Part shown: positions 46,591-59,533 of the stretch, piece by piece
Numbering within the stretch: position 1 is the stretch's first letter
Layout: each line of letters starts with the position of its first letter
Assembly (NCBI GenBank): GCA_010405405.1
Contig: MU004230.1
Span: forward strand, 3,072,627-3,136,626
Direction of reading: 5' to 3'
DNA from: Microthyrium microscopicum
Taxonomy: Eukaryota
DNA length: 64,000 nt
Made by a program: the position numbers and the translations under genes
The notes under the pieces: generated by a model
What the model saw: only the letters and a program-made list of their open reading frames with translations
Database searches by the model: none
What the model was told of the DNA's origin: nothing

Positions 46591-49500
46591 ATGGCGAGTT
46601 CGGGAGGAAACATCAAGGTCGTTGTGCGGGTGCGCCCGTTCAACAGTAGAGGTAGGCGGAGGCTCCGCGCATCGCGTGCAGCGCATGCTAGAGGATACGG
46701 ATAGCTGACGGAGTACTAGAAATCGATCGCAATGCAAAATGTATTGTTCAGATGAAAAACAACCAGACCGTCCTTGTCCCACCTACCGGTGCCGATTCTC
46801 GAACGAAGAACGCCAAGGCCGTGTTGGATGGAACCAAGACCTTTGCCTTTGATAGGAGTTACTGGTCTTTTGACAAGAAGGATGATAACTATGCCGGACA
46901 GGATAGTCTGTTTGACGATCTGGGCAAGCCGCTGCTTGATAATGCATTCAAAGGTTACAACAATTGTATCTTTGCGTATGGGCAGACAGGTTCCGGAAAA
47001 TCATACTCCATGATGGGATATGGACAAGAATACGGAGTTATTCCTAGAATTTGCAGGGACATGTTCGACCGGATAGAAGAGAAGCAGGACAAGAACTTGG
47101 GCTGCACTGTTGAGGTGTCGTATCTTGAAATCTACAATGAACGGGTTCGCGACCTTCTGAACCCTGCAACGAAAGGAAATCTCCGAGTTCGCGAACATCC
47201 GTCGACGGGTCCTTACGTGGAAGATTTAGCAAAATTAGTTGTGAGATCTTTCGCTGAGATCGAAAACTTGATGGATGAGGGAAACAAAGCAAGAACTGTT
47301 GCTGCGACAAACATGAACGAGACATCGAGTCGATCGCATGCCGTGTTCACCATTACCCTAACACAGAAGCGACACGACGTGGAGACACGAATGGATACCG
47401 AAAAGGTTGCAAAAATCAGTTTGGTCGATTTGGCAGGTTCTGAAAGAGCTACATCCACAGGCGCAACCGGTGCGCGGCTGAAAGAAGGTGCAGAAATCAA
47501 TAGATCACTCTCCACACTTGGTCGTGTCATCGCAGCGTTGGCGGATCTGTCAGTTGGGAAGAAAAAGTCAAAATCTGCTCAAGTACCATACAGAGATTCC
47601 GTCTTGACGTGGTTATTAAAGGACTCGCTCGGAGGAAACAGTTTGACGGCAATGATAGCGGCTATATCACCCGCTGATATCAACTTTGACGAAACTTTAT
47701 CAACACTCCGATACGCTGACTCGGCGAAACGTATCAAGAATCACGCTGTTGTCAATGAAGATCCAAATGCTCGTATTATTCGCGAACTGAAAGAAGAACT
47801 GGCAGAACTCCGCTCAAAACTTACCGGTGGTGCAATGTCTGGTCCAATCGAAGAACAATACCCCGAAGGTACGCCACTGGAGCAGCAGATTGTTTCCATT
47901 ACGCAAAGCGATGGAACAATCAAGAAAGTGTCCAAGGCAGAAATTGCAGAGCAGCTAGATCAGTCGGAAAAGCTGTACAATGATCTCAATCAAACATGGG
48001 AACAAAAGCTTCAAAAAACAGAGGAGATCCAAAAAGAACGCGAAGCAGCTCTAGAAGAACTGGGAATCACCATCGAGAAAGGCTCTGTAGGAGTTTCCAC
48101 TCCGAAGAAAATGCCACATCTTGTCAATTTGAGTGATGACCCTCTTTTGGCCGAATGCTTGGTGTACAATATCAAACCAGGATCGACAACTGTGGGTAGC
48201 ATTGACGCCGACTCTACCGTTGCAGAAATCCGCTTGAACGGGTCAAAGATCTTGATGGATCATTGCACTTTCGAAAACGTGGATGAAGTTGTCACCGTTG
48301 TTCCAAAAGATGGTGCTGCTGTCATGGTCAACGGTGTGCGCGTTGACAAACCCAAACGACTACGAAGTGGTTATCGCATCATTCTTGGCGACTTTCACAT
48401 CTTTCGATTCAATCATCCCCAAGAAGCGAGAGCCGAACGGGCGGAGCAAGGGAGCTTGCTGCGGCATTCCATCAATGCTAGTGACCTACCAACTCCCACT
48501 CGACCTAGGCATGAACGACATGGTAGTACCATTAGCATGCTAGGTTCCGAAGGAGCGGATAGTCCAAGACCTGGCTCACCCGTTAGGAAAGGGGCTGAAG
48601 ATTGGTCATTTGCGCGTCGAGAAGCTGTGAGTAACGTCATTGGGTCGGAGCAGAAAATATCTGCCTTGAACGATGATGAGCTCGATATGCTTTTTGAAGA
48701 TCTTCAGAGAGTTCGAGCCGGACGCCGTACGAACAAGCATGAAAGCCGAATCTTCGATGCGGAAGACGACACTGATTCCAATACTTCATACCCAATCCGG
48801 GAGAAGTATGCATCCAATGGAACAATCGACAACTTTTCACTCGATACCATCCTCACTGTTCCATCTACTCCTCAGGCGGGCGGGGAAGAGGACCAACGGT
48901 TGCGCCTTGTCCGCGAAGACATGCAGGATAAGCTCGACAAGCAAAAAGAAGAATATCAAGCCAAGCTCACGCAAGCGGAAGAGGCTCAAGTTGAGGTCGA
49001 AGTCATCAAAGCGGAGAAGGAAAAGATGGAAGAGAGCTTGTTGCATATTAAGGAGGAGATGCAGAAACAACTTCAGATACAAAAAGATACCTTTGAGCGG
49101 CAAATCAAGCAGCTCAGGGCACCAGCAACTCCTCAATCTGATGGTAAAATGCCAAAAGCCCAGGAAAACCTTGCAAAATGGGTGATTGAGCGATGGAGAC
49201 AGAAACGACACGTCAGCATGGCTGAGAAAGTTCTTCAAATTGCTTCTCTTCTCAAAGAAGCCCAAGTGCTCAGTCATGAGATGGACAAACAAGTTACTTT
49301 TCAATTCTGCGTAATCGATGCAGGTCATGTGTTTGGATCTTCATACGACCTGGTCCTCAATGGAGTCTCATTAGAAGACGACGAAGATCTTGAAATGGCA
49401 GCCAAGCCGTGTATTGGCGTAAGAGTGATCGATTATAAGAATTTGGTGGTTCACCTTTGGTCCTTGCGAAAATTGAGAACAAGGATTCGCCAGATGCGAC

Positions 49501-51461
49501 AATTGTATCAGTACATCGACGCACCGGAATATTCCCAGCACTTCAACCTCGAAAACCCATTTTCTGAAACCTGCTTACCGCAATACTCTCGAGTTGGCGA
49601 TGTCAATGTACCGCTTGCTGCTGTCTTTGAATCTCGAGTCCAAGACTTCTCCCTTGATGTTGTATCTCCTTACACCTCGAACGTTATAGGAATCGTTCGT
49701 CTGTCTTTAGAACCATCAATGGCCATGGCACCTTCCTCTACCCTCAAGTTCAATGTCGTCATGCGCGATTTCATTGGATTTGCTGAGCGTGAAGGTACAG
49801 AGGTTCATGCGCAATTGTTTGTTCCTGGCATATCAGACGAAGGTGGTGCAACTACCACTTCCTTGATCAAGGATTTCGACGAAGGGCCTGTTCGATTTGA
49901 AAGTGTTCATAGTATGAGCTTGCCGATCGACAGCCCCCGAGGCTCCATGCTACGCGTATCTATATTCGCCAAAGTTACCTCTATGCATCTGGACAAATTG
50001 CTCAGCTGGGACGACATGAGAGACTCTGCTAAGCATTCACAACTAAAGAAGAAGAAGAAATCTAGGATCAATGAGTCGGAATATTTTTCTGAACAACGAC
50101 ATGATGTCTTTTCACGAGTGCAGTTTCACGAAATCTCGGAATTTGGAGATTATCAACCTGTTGAGGTGGTGCAACTCACGGCTATGGATGGCGGCGCTTT
50201 CCAGCTTCATCAAGGCCTACAACGTCGCATTGTGATAAGCCTGACGCATAGCTCTGGCAAGGAATTCCAATGGAAGGACATTACAACACTTCGTATGGGC
50301 CGTATAAATCTACTGGATCAAGCTGGCAAAGCATCAGATATTGATACACCTCAACCTGATGTGCCCTTGAAAGTCGTATCGCCACCAGCAGTGCGGGAGA
50401 ACGCGGATGGGACCAACAATGTCACAATCATTTGTCAATGGGACTCGAGTATTCACGCGTCGCCTCTTCTGGATCGAGCAACGGCTGAACGGCATCGCAT
50501 CCAGGGTACGCTTTCCTGGAACGTGATGTGCGCAAATTTACAGAACCCCCTTTCCTTCTCTCTGGATGTTGTTGTCCAAATAAGATCTCGTTCTTATTCC
50601 TTACAAAATTCGATGCTTCAATCACTGCTCGGCACACAACGCATTGTTCATTCCATTGTTGGAAATTTCATTGTCTCCGTTCAACCCACCTCAGCCAAGC
50701 GCGCCACGGACCTATGGCGAATGAACACTCAGCATGACTACGTCAAAGGCGAGGAAGCCTTGTATGGATGGACTCCACGCGGCATCTCACTTGTTCAGGA
50801 TTTTATCAAAGCACAAAAACAAATGCAGCGTGTTGTTGAGGTTGAGACAGCTCGTAGTGTTCTAAGTCTCGACTCACTCACCCTAGACACCACCAACGGT
50901 GCTCCTGAAGCAGACGAGCCCTTGACATCTGGTCAAATTGCGCTCCTACAAAAATCCGTGGAGCTTTGGATCAAGCGACCAGAAGGCACTGATCTTGTTC
51001 TTTCAAAGGAAAATATTGAACCACCTGAACAAGGAGTGGCGTTTGCTACTCCCACCGATCCCACTTCACAACCGCGATTAGCAGGCTCTGTTCGCTTCCT
51101 CCCTAAGAACCCATCACTGCTCAAAGGCGGCTATCTGTTATGCCCAGACGAGACGAGTTCCAAGTGGGTACGTCGCTATGTCGAACTACGGCGACCATAC
51201 TTACACGTATATTCCGTTCCTGAAGGCGATGAGATAAACGCGATCAATCTTTCAAATTCCCGTGTCGACCACGATCCGCAGCTAGCCCTCCTCCTTCGTA
51301 GAGCAGGCGCCAATGTTGTCTGGGCAGTGTTTGCACCCCATAATAGCTTCTTGTTCAAAGCGCGAAGCGAGCGAGACAAAATCGAGTGGATCTTGAAAAT
51401 CGACGAAAGCTACTTCTCGAGTACCAGTGCAAGCGGGAGCAGTAGTGTCAATGGGGATTGA
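46591..51461 (+). CDS. uncA: Kinesin-3 motor (UncA/Unc104/KIF1-like): motor, FHA, coiled coil, PH
   Basis: Exon 1 46591-46651 (MASSGGNIKVVVRVRPFNSR), intron 46652-46719, exon 2 46720-51461. GQTGSGKS, NETSSRSHA, DLAGSER, FHA (PHLVNL...FRFNHP), C-terminal PH. Confidence 0.95.
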
Positions 51462-52112
51462 CGCAAGGATAAGTTGGACCTTCCTCTGCATTCTTGCCAT
51501 GTATATTTTGGCCTCTAGTCATGTCATAAGGCATCTCCTTTGTTGTACATCAAGTTTTTTCGAGCCGGCGATGCTCAAACCCTGTTATCACTACTACGTC
51601 TTGCTATTTGGCGACATGCAGGCGCGAAATGATACCCCAGTTGCTGTTGTTTTCACACGAATACTAATGTAAAGTACGAAATAGATCTTATGGTAGTTTA
51701 TCAATGGATAGTACAGTTGTCCGTAATTTATGCAACTTGAGATGCTCGATCTAAGCGACTCTCCACAGCCATTCAAATAGTACCTTGAACTTACAAAGCA
51801 GCCGTTGATAGTTCACAAAGAAGAGGTCAAAGAGAGACGTTTTGTTCTACCAACAAAGGAACTACGTACATCACAAAGAAAATCGTCAACAGCCGCCTTG
51901 TCAATCAGCGCACAAAGAACATCGAGTATTCTTGCTTCATTTAGAACAACCTACTTATCAACCTTGGGTCTTGAGCCTTTCGGCTATGAAAGGAAACTTT
52001 ATCTTCCGAAACAAACTCACTGTTCGAACTATCCTCCCATCACTTCTACTTGCAGGACAAGTGACGTTAACAGTATTTGATATACATCCCACGATCTTTC
52101 CCTACTGACAAA

Positions 52113-54542
52113 ATGCTTCCAGACGAAGAGTACAACTACCTGAAGGCGAAACAAGATGCTGAGCGTGAGGCCAAGCGAGCCCAAGAGATTGATCAAGATC
52201 TTGAGCGCATACAGCAAGCTGAACGAGAGGAGCTATCACGACTACTCGGACGTCAATCCCAGCGTGTCTCACAGCCGGGCATCTCGGCCAGTCGTCAGAC
52301 GTTCCGGCCCAACAGAGCCCCATATGTGGGATCGTTTGCTTGGGATGACGAGCTGAACAGGGCTACCATGGGACCAAGCCAGGCGAACACTGGTAACCGG
52401 CGAGATACCTCTAGAATGACGATGATGACTGAAGCGTCCTGGGCACCAACGGAAGATGATGAGCCAGCACCAGGGGACAGAATACATAATGGCGTTGTAG
52501 ACTATGGACAGAGGCCGCCAATTCCTCGTATACCATCGGCATATCAGCCTTCTCCAGCAGCTGAGCGTCCAGTTTCTCCAGTATCCCCAGTATCCCCGTC
52601 TGCTTCAGGGTTTTCTTTAGAGCCTCGTCACGCCACCACTGCTCGTCCAGTCAGTGCTGTATCACCCACCAATACGACTCGGCCGCTGTCCGTTGTTCAA
52701 CTAGCCAATGCCTTACCGCCTAATTTTCCTGCAAGCCCCAGAAGACCTGCTCCCATCGATCCGAATCGACCGCTGTCCGTGGTTCAAGTTGCCAATGCCT
52801 TGCCTCCTTTCACTACGGCGAGTCCTAGAGAGCCTGCAGCAATTTATGCGTACAATGCCCCGGAAGAGGTTCAATTTGCCAATGCCTTGCCTGCTTTTGC
52901 TACTGAGAGCCCTGCAGAGCCAACCTTTGCTTTTGACGAGCAACCAAAACCGTCGTCTCGACGACCTTCTGCTATTCGAGGGCCTCCAGTAGCTCCATAT
53001 GCTGGACCAAGCCAGCACAGTAGCTCGAAAGCACCTCTTCCTTCCCCGAGAAATGTGGCAAAGCCACTGCCACCAAAGCCTCGCAGCTCAAAGGGCTCAT
53101 TACCTTCTTCAAGATCTGGGAACAAGCCGCTGCCACATCCACCTTCACCTTCTCGCCCAAAGCCTCCTCCTTCCCCTTCCGCTACGTCTTCAAAGCCTCG
53201 ATCTAGACATGGATCCCACTCTTCGAGACCTGGTTCGAACTCTAGTAATCATTCAGACCTGCCTCGAGGAAGAAGTTCCTCGTTCAGTCATCTAGTAAAT
53301 CTAACCAAGGAATTTGTGAACAGCATTCGTGGTAAGAGCAGATCAAGATCTAGGGGCAGAGCTGAGCCAGCTAGAGAAGAGTCTTCGCATGGTTCAAGAA
53401 CCAAGTCATCCTCAAGAGACGGTCGAGGACCACCAAGTTCTTCTCAAGGTAGGTCGTCACACCATCGATGCGGTTCAAGTGGAACGCATGAGCGGAAGCA
53501 ATCTACTGGTGAGAGATCACACCACCGATCTGGTTCAAGTGGAACGCACGACCGGAAGCGACCCACTGGTGAGAGATCACACAGCTCCAAACCCAAAGGA
53601 GAAAGTAGCCGAAGCTCAGGTCATCACCGTTCACACTCCAAGGAGCACAAAAGTAAAAGCTCAGAGTCTAGAGAGAGACATCATAGAGAGCCCCGTCCGT
53701 CAACGCCCGACGATGGTAGACGAGATGGTTTCATTGCAACGAAGGCTGCCGGGCCAGTACCGTTCCCTTCTGTGCAGAGACCTGAGACTCCTCCGGAGCT
53801 ACAGCCATTCGATGTAGATTGGAAGCGTGCACCAACAGCTTGGTACGCAAAGTCTCCAGCGCTACCACCTGCCCAGTACTCAGACCTCCCAGCAAACGTG
53901 CAATCAGCTTGGTCAGACGACTCGAGCATTGCGCCGACTAATCCCGAAGGCATTATTGGCGGGCTGCTCAAGCGCTCCTCAAAAGACAAGCCTGTGACCA
54001 CAAAGACCAGGGGCGCGAAGAATGAACTTACGCGCCTAATCAACTGGAAACAAACAGAGGTTACCCCAGAATTCATACTCGATCTTAAGTCAAGATACAA
54101 GTATCTCCAAAGATTCACTGCCAAACATTTCATGCTATTCGAACAGGCTGAAGATGACAAGCGAAATGAGAAATACGCACAGCTTCTCGATAGGCAATCG
54201 AAAGAAACTCTGCTACCCGGTGCGCCAGGCGAGATCCAGCAGCAGAAGGACTTTGCTCATGAGCGCAAGGCGTTCCAGGAGGAACATATTGCGGAAATGA
54301 TTGAGCAACGAAAGAAGTCCATCCGCCAGATGAGTCAATTCTGTGACAAGGAGCTTATAAAGTGTGCCAATGAATACGGTCCTCTGGGAGGCTATGAGAG
54401 TATGTATGCGCAGAGTCTTATTGACTTGCCCAGCTGGATCCTGAAAAGTCGAGTCACAATCGATGAGATTGAAAACATTTCCCAAAATGCTATCATTGAG
54501 TTTGCCAAGGAGAAGAAAGAGAAGAGAGAAAGGGCGAGGTAG
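52113..54542 (+). CDS. Hypothetical Pro/Ser/Arg-rich disordered protein with internal repeats
   Basis: ~810-codon ORF with a helical C-terminal region. Start is uncertain: ATG 52113 sits between a branch-like CTGAC and a CAG at 52120-52122, so an upstream exon is possible. Confidence 0.72.
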   Translation: MLPDEEYNYLKAKQDAEREAKRAQEIDQDLERIQQAEREELSRLLGRQSQRVSQPGISASRQTFRPNRAPYVGSFAWDDELNRATMGPSQANTGNRRDTSRMTMMTEASWAPTEDDEPAPGDRIHNGVVDYGQRPPIPRIPSAYQPSPAAERPVSPVSPVSPSASGFSLEPRHATTARPVSAVSPTNTTRPLSVVQLANALPPNFPASPRRPAPIDPNRPLSVVQVANALPPFTTASPREPAAIYAYNAPEEVQFANALPAFATESPAEPTFAFDEQPKPSSRRPSAIRGPPVAPYAGPSQHSSSKAPLPSPRNVAKPLPPKPRSSKGSLPSSRSGNKPLPHPPSPSRPKPPPSPSATSSKPRSRHGSHSSRPGSNSSNHSDLPRGRSSSFSHLVNLTKEFVNSIRGKSRSRSRGRAEPAREESSHGSRTKSSSRDGRGPPSSSQGRSSHHRCGSSGTHERKQSTGERSHHRSGSSGTHDRKRPTGERSHSSKPKGESSRSSGHHRSHSKEHKSKSSESRERHHREPRPSTPDDGRRDGFIATKAAGPVPFPSVQRPETPPELQPFDVDWKRAPTAWYAKSPALPPAQYSDLPANVQSAWSDDSSIAPTNPEGIIGGLLKRSSKDKPVTTKTRGAKNELTRLINWKQTEVTPEFILDLKSRYKYLQRFTAKHFMLFEQAEDDKRNEKYAQLLDRQSKETLLPGAPGEIQQQKDFAHERKAFQEEHIAEMIEQRKKSIRQMSQFCDKELIKCANEYGPLGGYESMYAQSLIDLPSWILKSRVTIDEIENISQNAIIEFAKEKKEKRERAR
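52680..52925 (+). repeat. Three degenerate 87-nt (29-aa) in-frame coding repeats (VQxANALP..F...SP..PA)
   Basis: GTTCAA...GCCAATGCCTT at 52695, 52782 and 52869 (exact 87-nt period). Confidence 0.85.
53457..53582 (+). repeat. Two 60-nt (20-aa) in-frame coding repeats (SHHRxGSSGTHxRKxxTGER)
   Basis: TCACAC starts at 53457, 53517 and 53577; copies share GGTTCAAGTGGAACGCA and ACTGGTGAGAGA. Confidence 0.85.
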
Positions 54543-55234
54543 CTCTTGATGGGTGGAATTAACGCAGAGTATTTAAAACCCCTCAAGCGTTAGAGAGTTG
54601 GCGTACTAAAATAGATAGACACAATATCAGCCATCTTATTATAGAATACAAGCATACCATGATACTAAGGTTTAGGTTTCAATGCAATCGTATGAACTTT
54701 CTGGCCTAAATGATGCTGCAACGGACTCAAATGTGTGGTTTCTTCTTGATGGTGAAACAATTGTTGGATTTTTTCAGTGTGTGTTCCCCATGTCGTATCA
54801 CTTTCGCTACAACATACGCTGTGAGAATCGAAAAAACTGCGATTAGCCATTAAAGATGTTTTGTTGAAGCGAGGTTCTCTAACTCGACACAGGGAGAATA
54901 ATTGCGCTCAGTCATGGCTTGAAGGATGTTAGAGGAAAAACCTCAACAGTCATGGTATTTGACATCCAGATTAAGAGTATCTCCAATGCCGCATTGTTGT
55001 ACTTAATTGCTTCGGTGTCTGGACACGAGAGCGGCGTAAGACGAGCTTCGGCACGCTGTGCTGTAGAAACCAGAATGCAGGTTTTTCTTCAAAAGCATAC
55101 GTCGCCTCTAATCACAAGCATTAGTTTTGCTTCCAATGTACTGTTTGTATTGTACACTCATGGGGGCGACTTACTATATCCAGACCATTACATAATGTAA
55201 AATATTAGAATTTCATGCTCATGGTGAGCTTTCA

Positions 55235-55973
55235 TCAGTCCGTCATCACGACATCTGAAGATTCCTGGGTCATTGTTTGAGCCTCCGTTGTCGTGCCACG
55301 TCCTTTCATCATTTTCAGCCAATCCTTCATCGATTCTGGCCCACCATCTATCTTGACAACCTTAGGTTCATTTCCGATACCAAGCACGGTACCTTTGAAA
55401 CGCGATTCTTCCCCTGTTTTGCTATGTTTGTGTTTGAGAGCTATTGTCGTTAGCTGGTCATTCCAAATCATAGTCTGTGGCCATACCTGTAAGGTAGTCC
55501 TCCACTTCCGTAGAGTTTTGTCCTTCGCCAGCATTCTCCATTTTCGCGCCCGATATGCGTCGAATTTCTTTGTAGACTGGGCCTTGGAACCACGCGATAA
55601 AGTCTCTAACCTCAGCCGTGTCTTCCTCGTTCCGTCGAGTTGTCTCTAGATCTCTCAATCCATTTCGCTCGGGTACATCTGAAAGTGGCTTGCGCAGCAG
55701 TTCTTTCCACACCTCTTCTATAGTCGTGGCAGTAGGTGCAAGCAGGCCGCAGTCATTCATGGCTAGTCGGAAGTCCGTGATGTCAGGCATAATATCGTTG
55801 TGGTTTTCGACGGCGCGGTCGACGGCGCGTGAGGCTAGGAGCATGATGTACTTCGCGGTTACGTCTGTAAGGGTATCAACAACTGAAGGGGCAGCTGCAT
55901 GGTATCCGACAGCGCGGAGGATCTGGAGGACAGCCGGCCGGAGCAAGGCATGGTGTAGCGTCAGGGACGACAT
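55235..55973 (-). CDS. TAF3: Bromodomain-associated (BTP) histone-fold protein, TFIID subunit Taf3-like
   Basis: Exons 55973-55487 and 55440-55235. LLRPAVLQILRAVGYHAAAPSVVDTLTD histone fold; EDYLTALKHKHSKTGEESRF. Confidence 0.78.
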
Positions 55974-56302
55974 GTTCGTTATTACTTAGCGATCAGGATA
56001 GCATGCGAGTGGAAGCTGAAGGTATTACAAGATCAAAATGATTGCTTGAGCGAGGAAAGTTGAGATGGTCAGGAAAAGCGCCGGGGCTGGCAGTGGAGGA
56101 ATAACCGCCTCAGATCGAATCGCATCGTCAGTGAGACGTTCACCTGCATATGTTCAGCCAAATGAGGTGGACGTATTAGGACCTTGATCACACTGTGACA
56201 ATTTCTTAGTGTTTGGAGATGGACCAGAAGTGAGGTATACCATAGCCGCGCGGTTACGCGTCGTCACATGATGTACGCGGTCACTAAGTAGTCTTGCTTG
56301 TT

Positions 56303-56338
56303 TTGCTTGACTTGCTTGACTTGCTTGACTTGCTTGAC
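56303..56338. repeat. Tandem repeat (TTGCTTGAC)x4
   Basis: Four perfect 9-bp units with degenerate flanks. Confidence 0.9.
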
Positions 56339-57195
56339 TTTTGACCTCTTCTTCTCATGGAGGTGAGTCTTCTCAACACCGCAGCAATCTAGGACCTCAC
56401 AGTCATATTGACTATTCGGGTCCAACAAATGACCTGCCAACTTCGTTCTCAGACTTCCTAAACTTTGAGCACCTCGTGACCATTGTAAAGAGCCGGGGAA
56501 TGGAAGCTCACAAGGCTCTTTACGGCGTACCATTGTTTGCTCAATCTCTCGTCCTGGATCGTCTGGAGAGCTGCAGAAGCTTGCGCAAGGGCATCGCTTG
56601 GCTCTCGGCGACTATGTCATGAATTTGATTAACAAAAGGTGGACATGATGTCGCCTATTTCGTCCTAAAATACCTTCGGAATGGAGCCCTAGAAGTCATC
56701 GTGGAACCTTGCCGAGCTCAATCCATTGTTCTCGACGATCTTTTGACTACTTGAACATACAGGTCCATGGTTGAAACATGTTGCGTGGCGCTTGGGGGAT
56801 AGTCGAGCTATTAATCTATTCATCTCGCGGATCACCTTGCGACATCAGCCAAACCACGAATGCCTGTGGCAATACTTCACACCCTGGTAGTTCATCCTTC
56901 TGGGTCGACTTCGGCCAGTGTGACTTGGTTGATATATGAAGTCCCGTTGTAGTAAGGTCAGTGCTATACTGGGTTCTGAGAGGTGCACGTCCCGTATGGA
57001 TTGTGAACGGGAGTTTAATATAATTTTAACAAGCATTTATTGCGACAGTGGGAATAACATCTTACCCGCTCTAGGTGGACTGTCGAAGAAAATACTCATC
57101 TTCAACGAAGCACTTTCAGCATATCTCGAGTACGATCTAATCAGGACTTGTAACTACATCTTGTTTGTCTCGGGATGTGGACCTTAAAGAGCGAT

Positions 57196-59066
57196 ATGCT
57201 CTCCAGTTTGGCCTTTGGAGTTTTGACTCTGAGTTCGGCTATAAATGCAGAGCCCGTTGTCTTTGAGCCAACTGGACAATGGTACGCATCAAAGCCATCT
57301 ATGTACGCTTACAACTGACAGTCTCCATAGGCAAGGCAATGATGGACCATGGGTAAGCATCTTGCGCGTAACAATGTCGTCAATCTTGAGATCTCGTCCT
57401 TTGTGTCATTACTACAACGCTATCATGGCGAGTGGCTATTAGCACTTGGCTGGAAAGAGTGTTCACCGATATTATACTAACAAGTCTACAGTCCACATTC
57501 AACGTCCAAGTGGGTGAACCAGCTCAAACAATCGCAGTTCTACCCGTTCCGTATCGAAACGCCCTCGTAGTTGTGGGACCAGAGGCATGTCCAACAGACC
57601 CGCAATTTGCTAGCTGTGGCCAAGATCGTGGTGGGACATACAATCGCACAGCATCGAGCACATGGCAAAATGTTGATAGCATGAAATGGGATCCGACGGA
57701 GTCAGTGGTTTTACCACCGACCAGAAAGAACTCTGCAAATGGAAACAATATGGTTCAACCAGGTTCTACGGCGCCTAATGGTCCCGTTTCTATGCACAAG
57801 TTTGGATACGATCAGATAAAGGGACTTCCTGGCAAAAATGGAACTGCTTCATGGCAGGTTCCAAATCAAGGAATCTTGAGTTTGACTGGAATGTATCCGT
57901 TCATTGGCATGATGGGTTTGGGCACGAAGTTCAGCGGTACTTCGAAGAACCCAACGAGCTTCTTTGACAACGTAAGGATAGCGAACAACTTGAAGAGCGT
58001 GTCTTGGAGCTATACTGCTGGAAGTAATAGGCGTAAGTTCTATACATGAAGAACTTCTCGCCAAGTCAAGGAACTAACCTACGAGACAGGTCGATCCGAT
58101 CAAGCGCCCGGTAGTCTTGTGTTTGGAGGACACGATGCTTCGAGATTTCATCCCAATACTGCTATAAAATGCGCCATGCATGCTGGACAAAGACCTCTTG
58201 GCATAGAAGTTGGCGATATCACCGTAAATGATCCTTTGCAACCAGGGCCACAGACCATACAGCTCTCTAGCCGATTCATTGCCGATATAGATTTTACAAC
58301 TCCATTCATTACTCTTCCAGAGCAGGTAACCTCAGGTCTGGAGCGCATGCTAGATCTTACCTGGGATGCCGCCAATTCATTCTACCGAGTCAATGAAACA
58401 CGCCATCGCGAGCTGCTCGATTCCAAGACCAATATCACGCTACCTATATTTGGTGATGGGGGTAAAAAGTACGAGTTCCGCATCCAATACAAGCATTTGG
58501 TTCTGGAGGCCAAATTTCCTACAGTCAACACACCGACTAAATTCTTCGCTGTTCAGCGTGCACCGCAGACACAAGCTATTTTCACCCTCGGTAGAGCATT
58601 CCTACAAGTCGCTCATGTTACAGCCGTATTCGATGATCCCGCGGGTCCATACATCAGTGTCGCCAAGGCCAAGTACAAGAAGAATGTTCCTAGACAAATA
58701 GTCGAGATTGTAACCACCAAAGAGCCAACATCGCACGCAGGTATGATTGCAGGCATAGTGATCGCTATATTGGTACTTCTAGCCATCGCTGGGTATCTCA
58801 TATTTGCAAAGAAAATGCGCCGATTCCCCTTCCGCGCCGCGCCAGCACCAAAGAGACGAATTGGTAATGAAGAAGATGGTAAGAATTTCTCCAGCTTTAG
58901 CACCAGTGCTCCGAGTCACAGTGCGCCTCGATCACCCCCGCGACCTGTCTTGGGAAACTCTCGTCAATCGCAGAGATCAGCCGAAAGTGTGTACTATGAA
59001 GCCATGGAACCCGCTTCAAAGCACAGCCTAGATCATAAGCATTCTTTGCAGGATATGAAGAGATGA
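57196..59066 (+). CDS. Pepsin-family (A1) aspartic protease-like type I membrane protein with degenerate catalytic motifs
   Basis: Exons 57196-57281, 57331-57352 (22-nt microexon), 57492-58032, 58090-59066. Signal peptide, WQGNDGPWSTF, SWSYTAG, GSLVFGGHD, TLGRAFLQ, TM helix GMIAGIVIAILVLLAIAGYLIF. Confidence 0.85.
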
Positions 59067-59533
59067 ATTGTCCCAAACGTCAGGGGGAAAGAAATACATT
59101 GTATAATAATTGTATGGGAGGTATGGTATTGCCAGCATTGGAGGTATTACTGTAATTCTTAGTAGCATGTATGACTTTATAACGACATTGATTGATACAC
59201 GGCAAACTCTTTGGCACCGAGATCTTCACAAATGCTTTTCTTATTTATGTACTTCCCTCTGGCTCAAAACTCAAGGTAGTCAAGCTACTCCTTAATTGTT
59301 TAGATCGACGGTTAAATGGCATCTTCCGACTTAGGGGACCTAGGACCCTGGCCGTGGTGTTTGCCACCAAGACCCTTTTCGCAGCAAGTCGACGTCATTC
59401 AATTTTTGAGGAACAAAACCACGAGATACTCCCAATCTATACCATTTTGACAGACACTGCGAAACTACTACTCACCCATAAAAAATCTACAATCACTATT
59501 CCATAGAATCATAACAGTACAACCGCGTTCAGA

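Noticed and set aside
56341..56774. Possible small spliced gene (ATGGAG|GTGAGT donor)
   Set aside because: The acceptors I tested led to early stops; no coherent protein.
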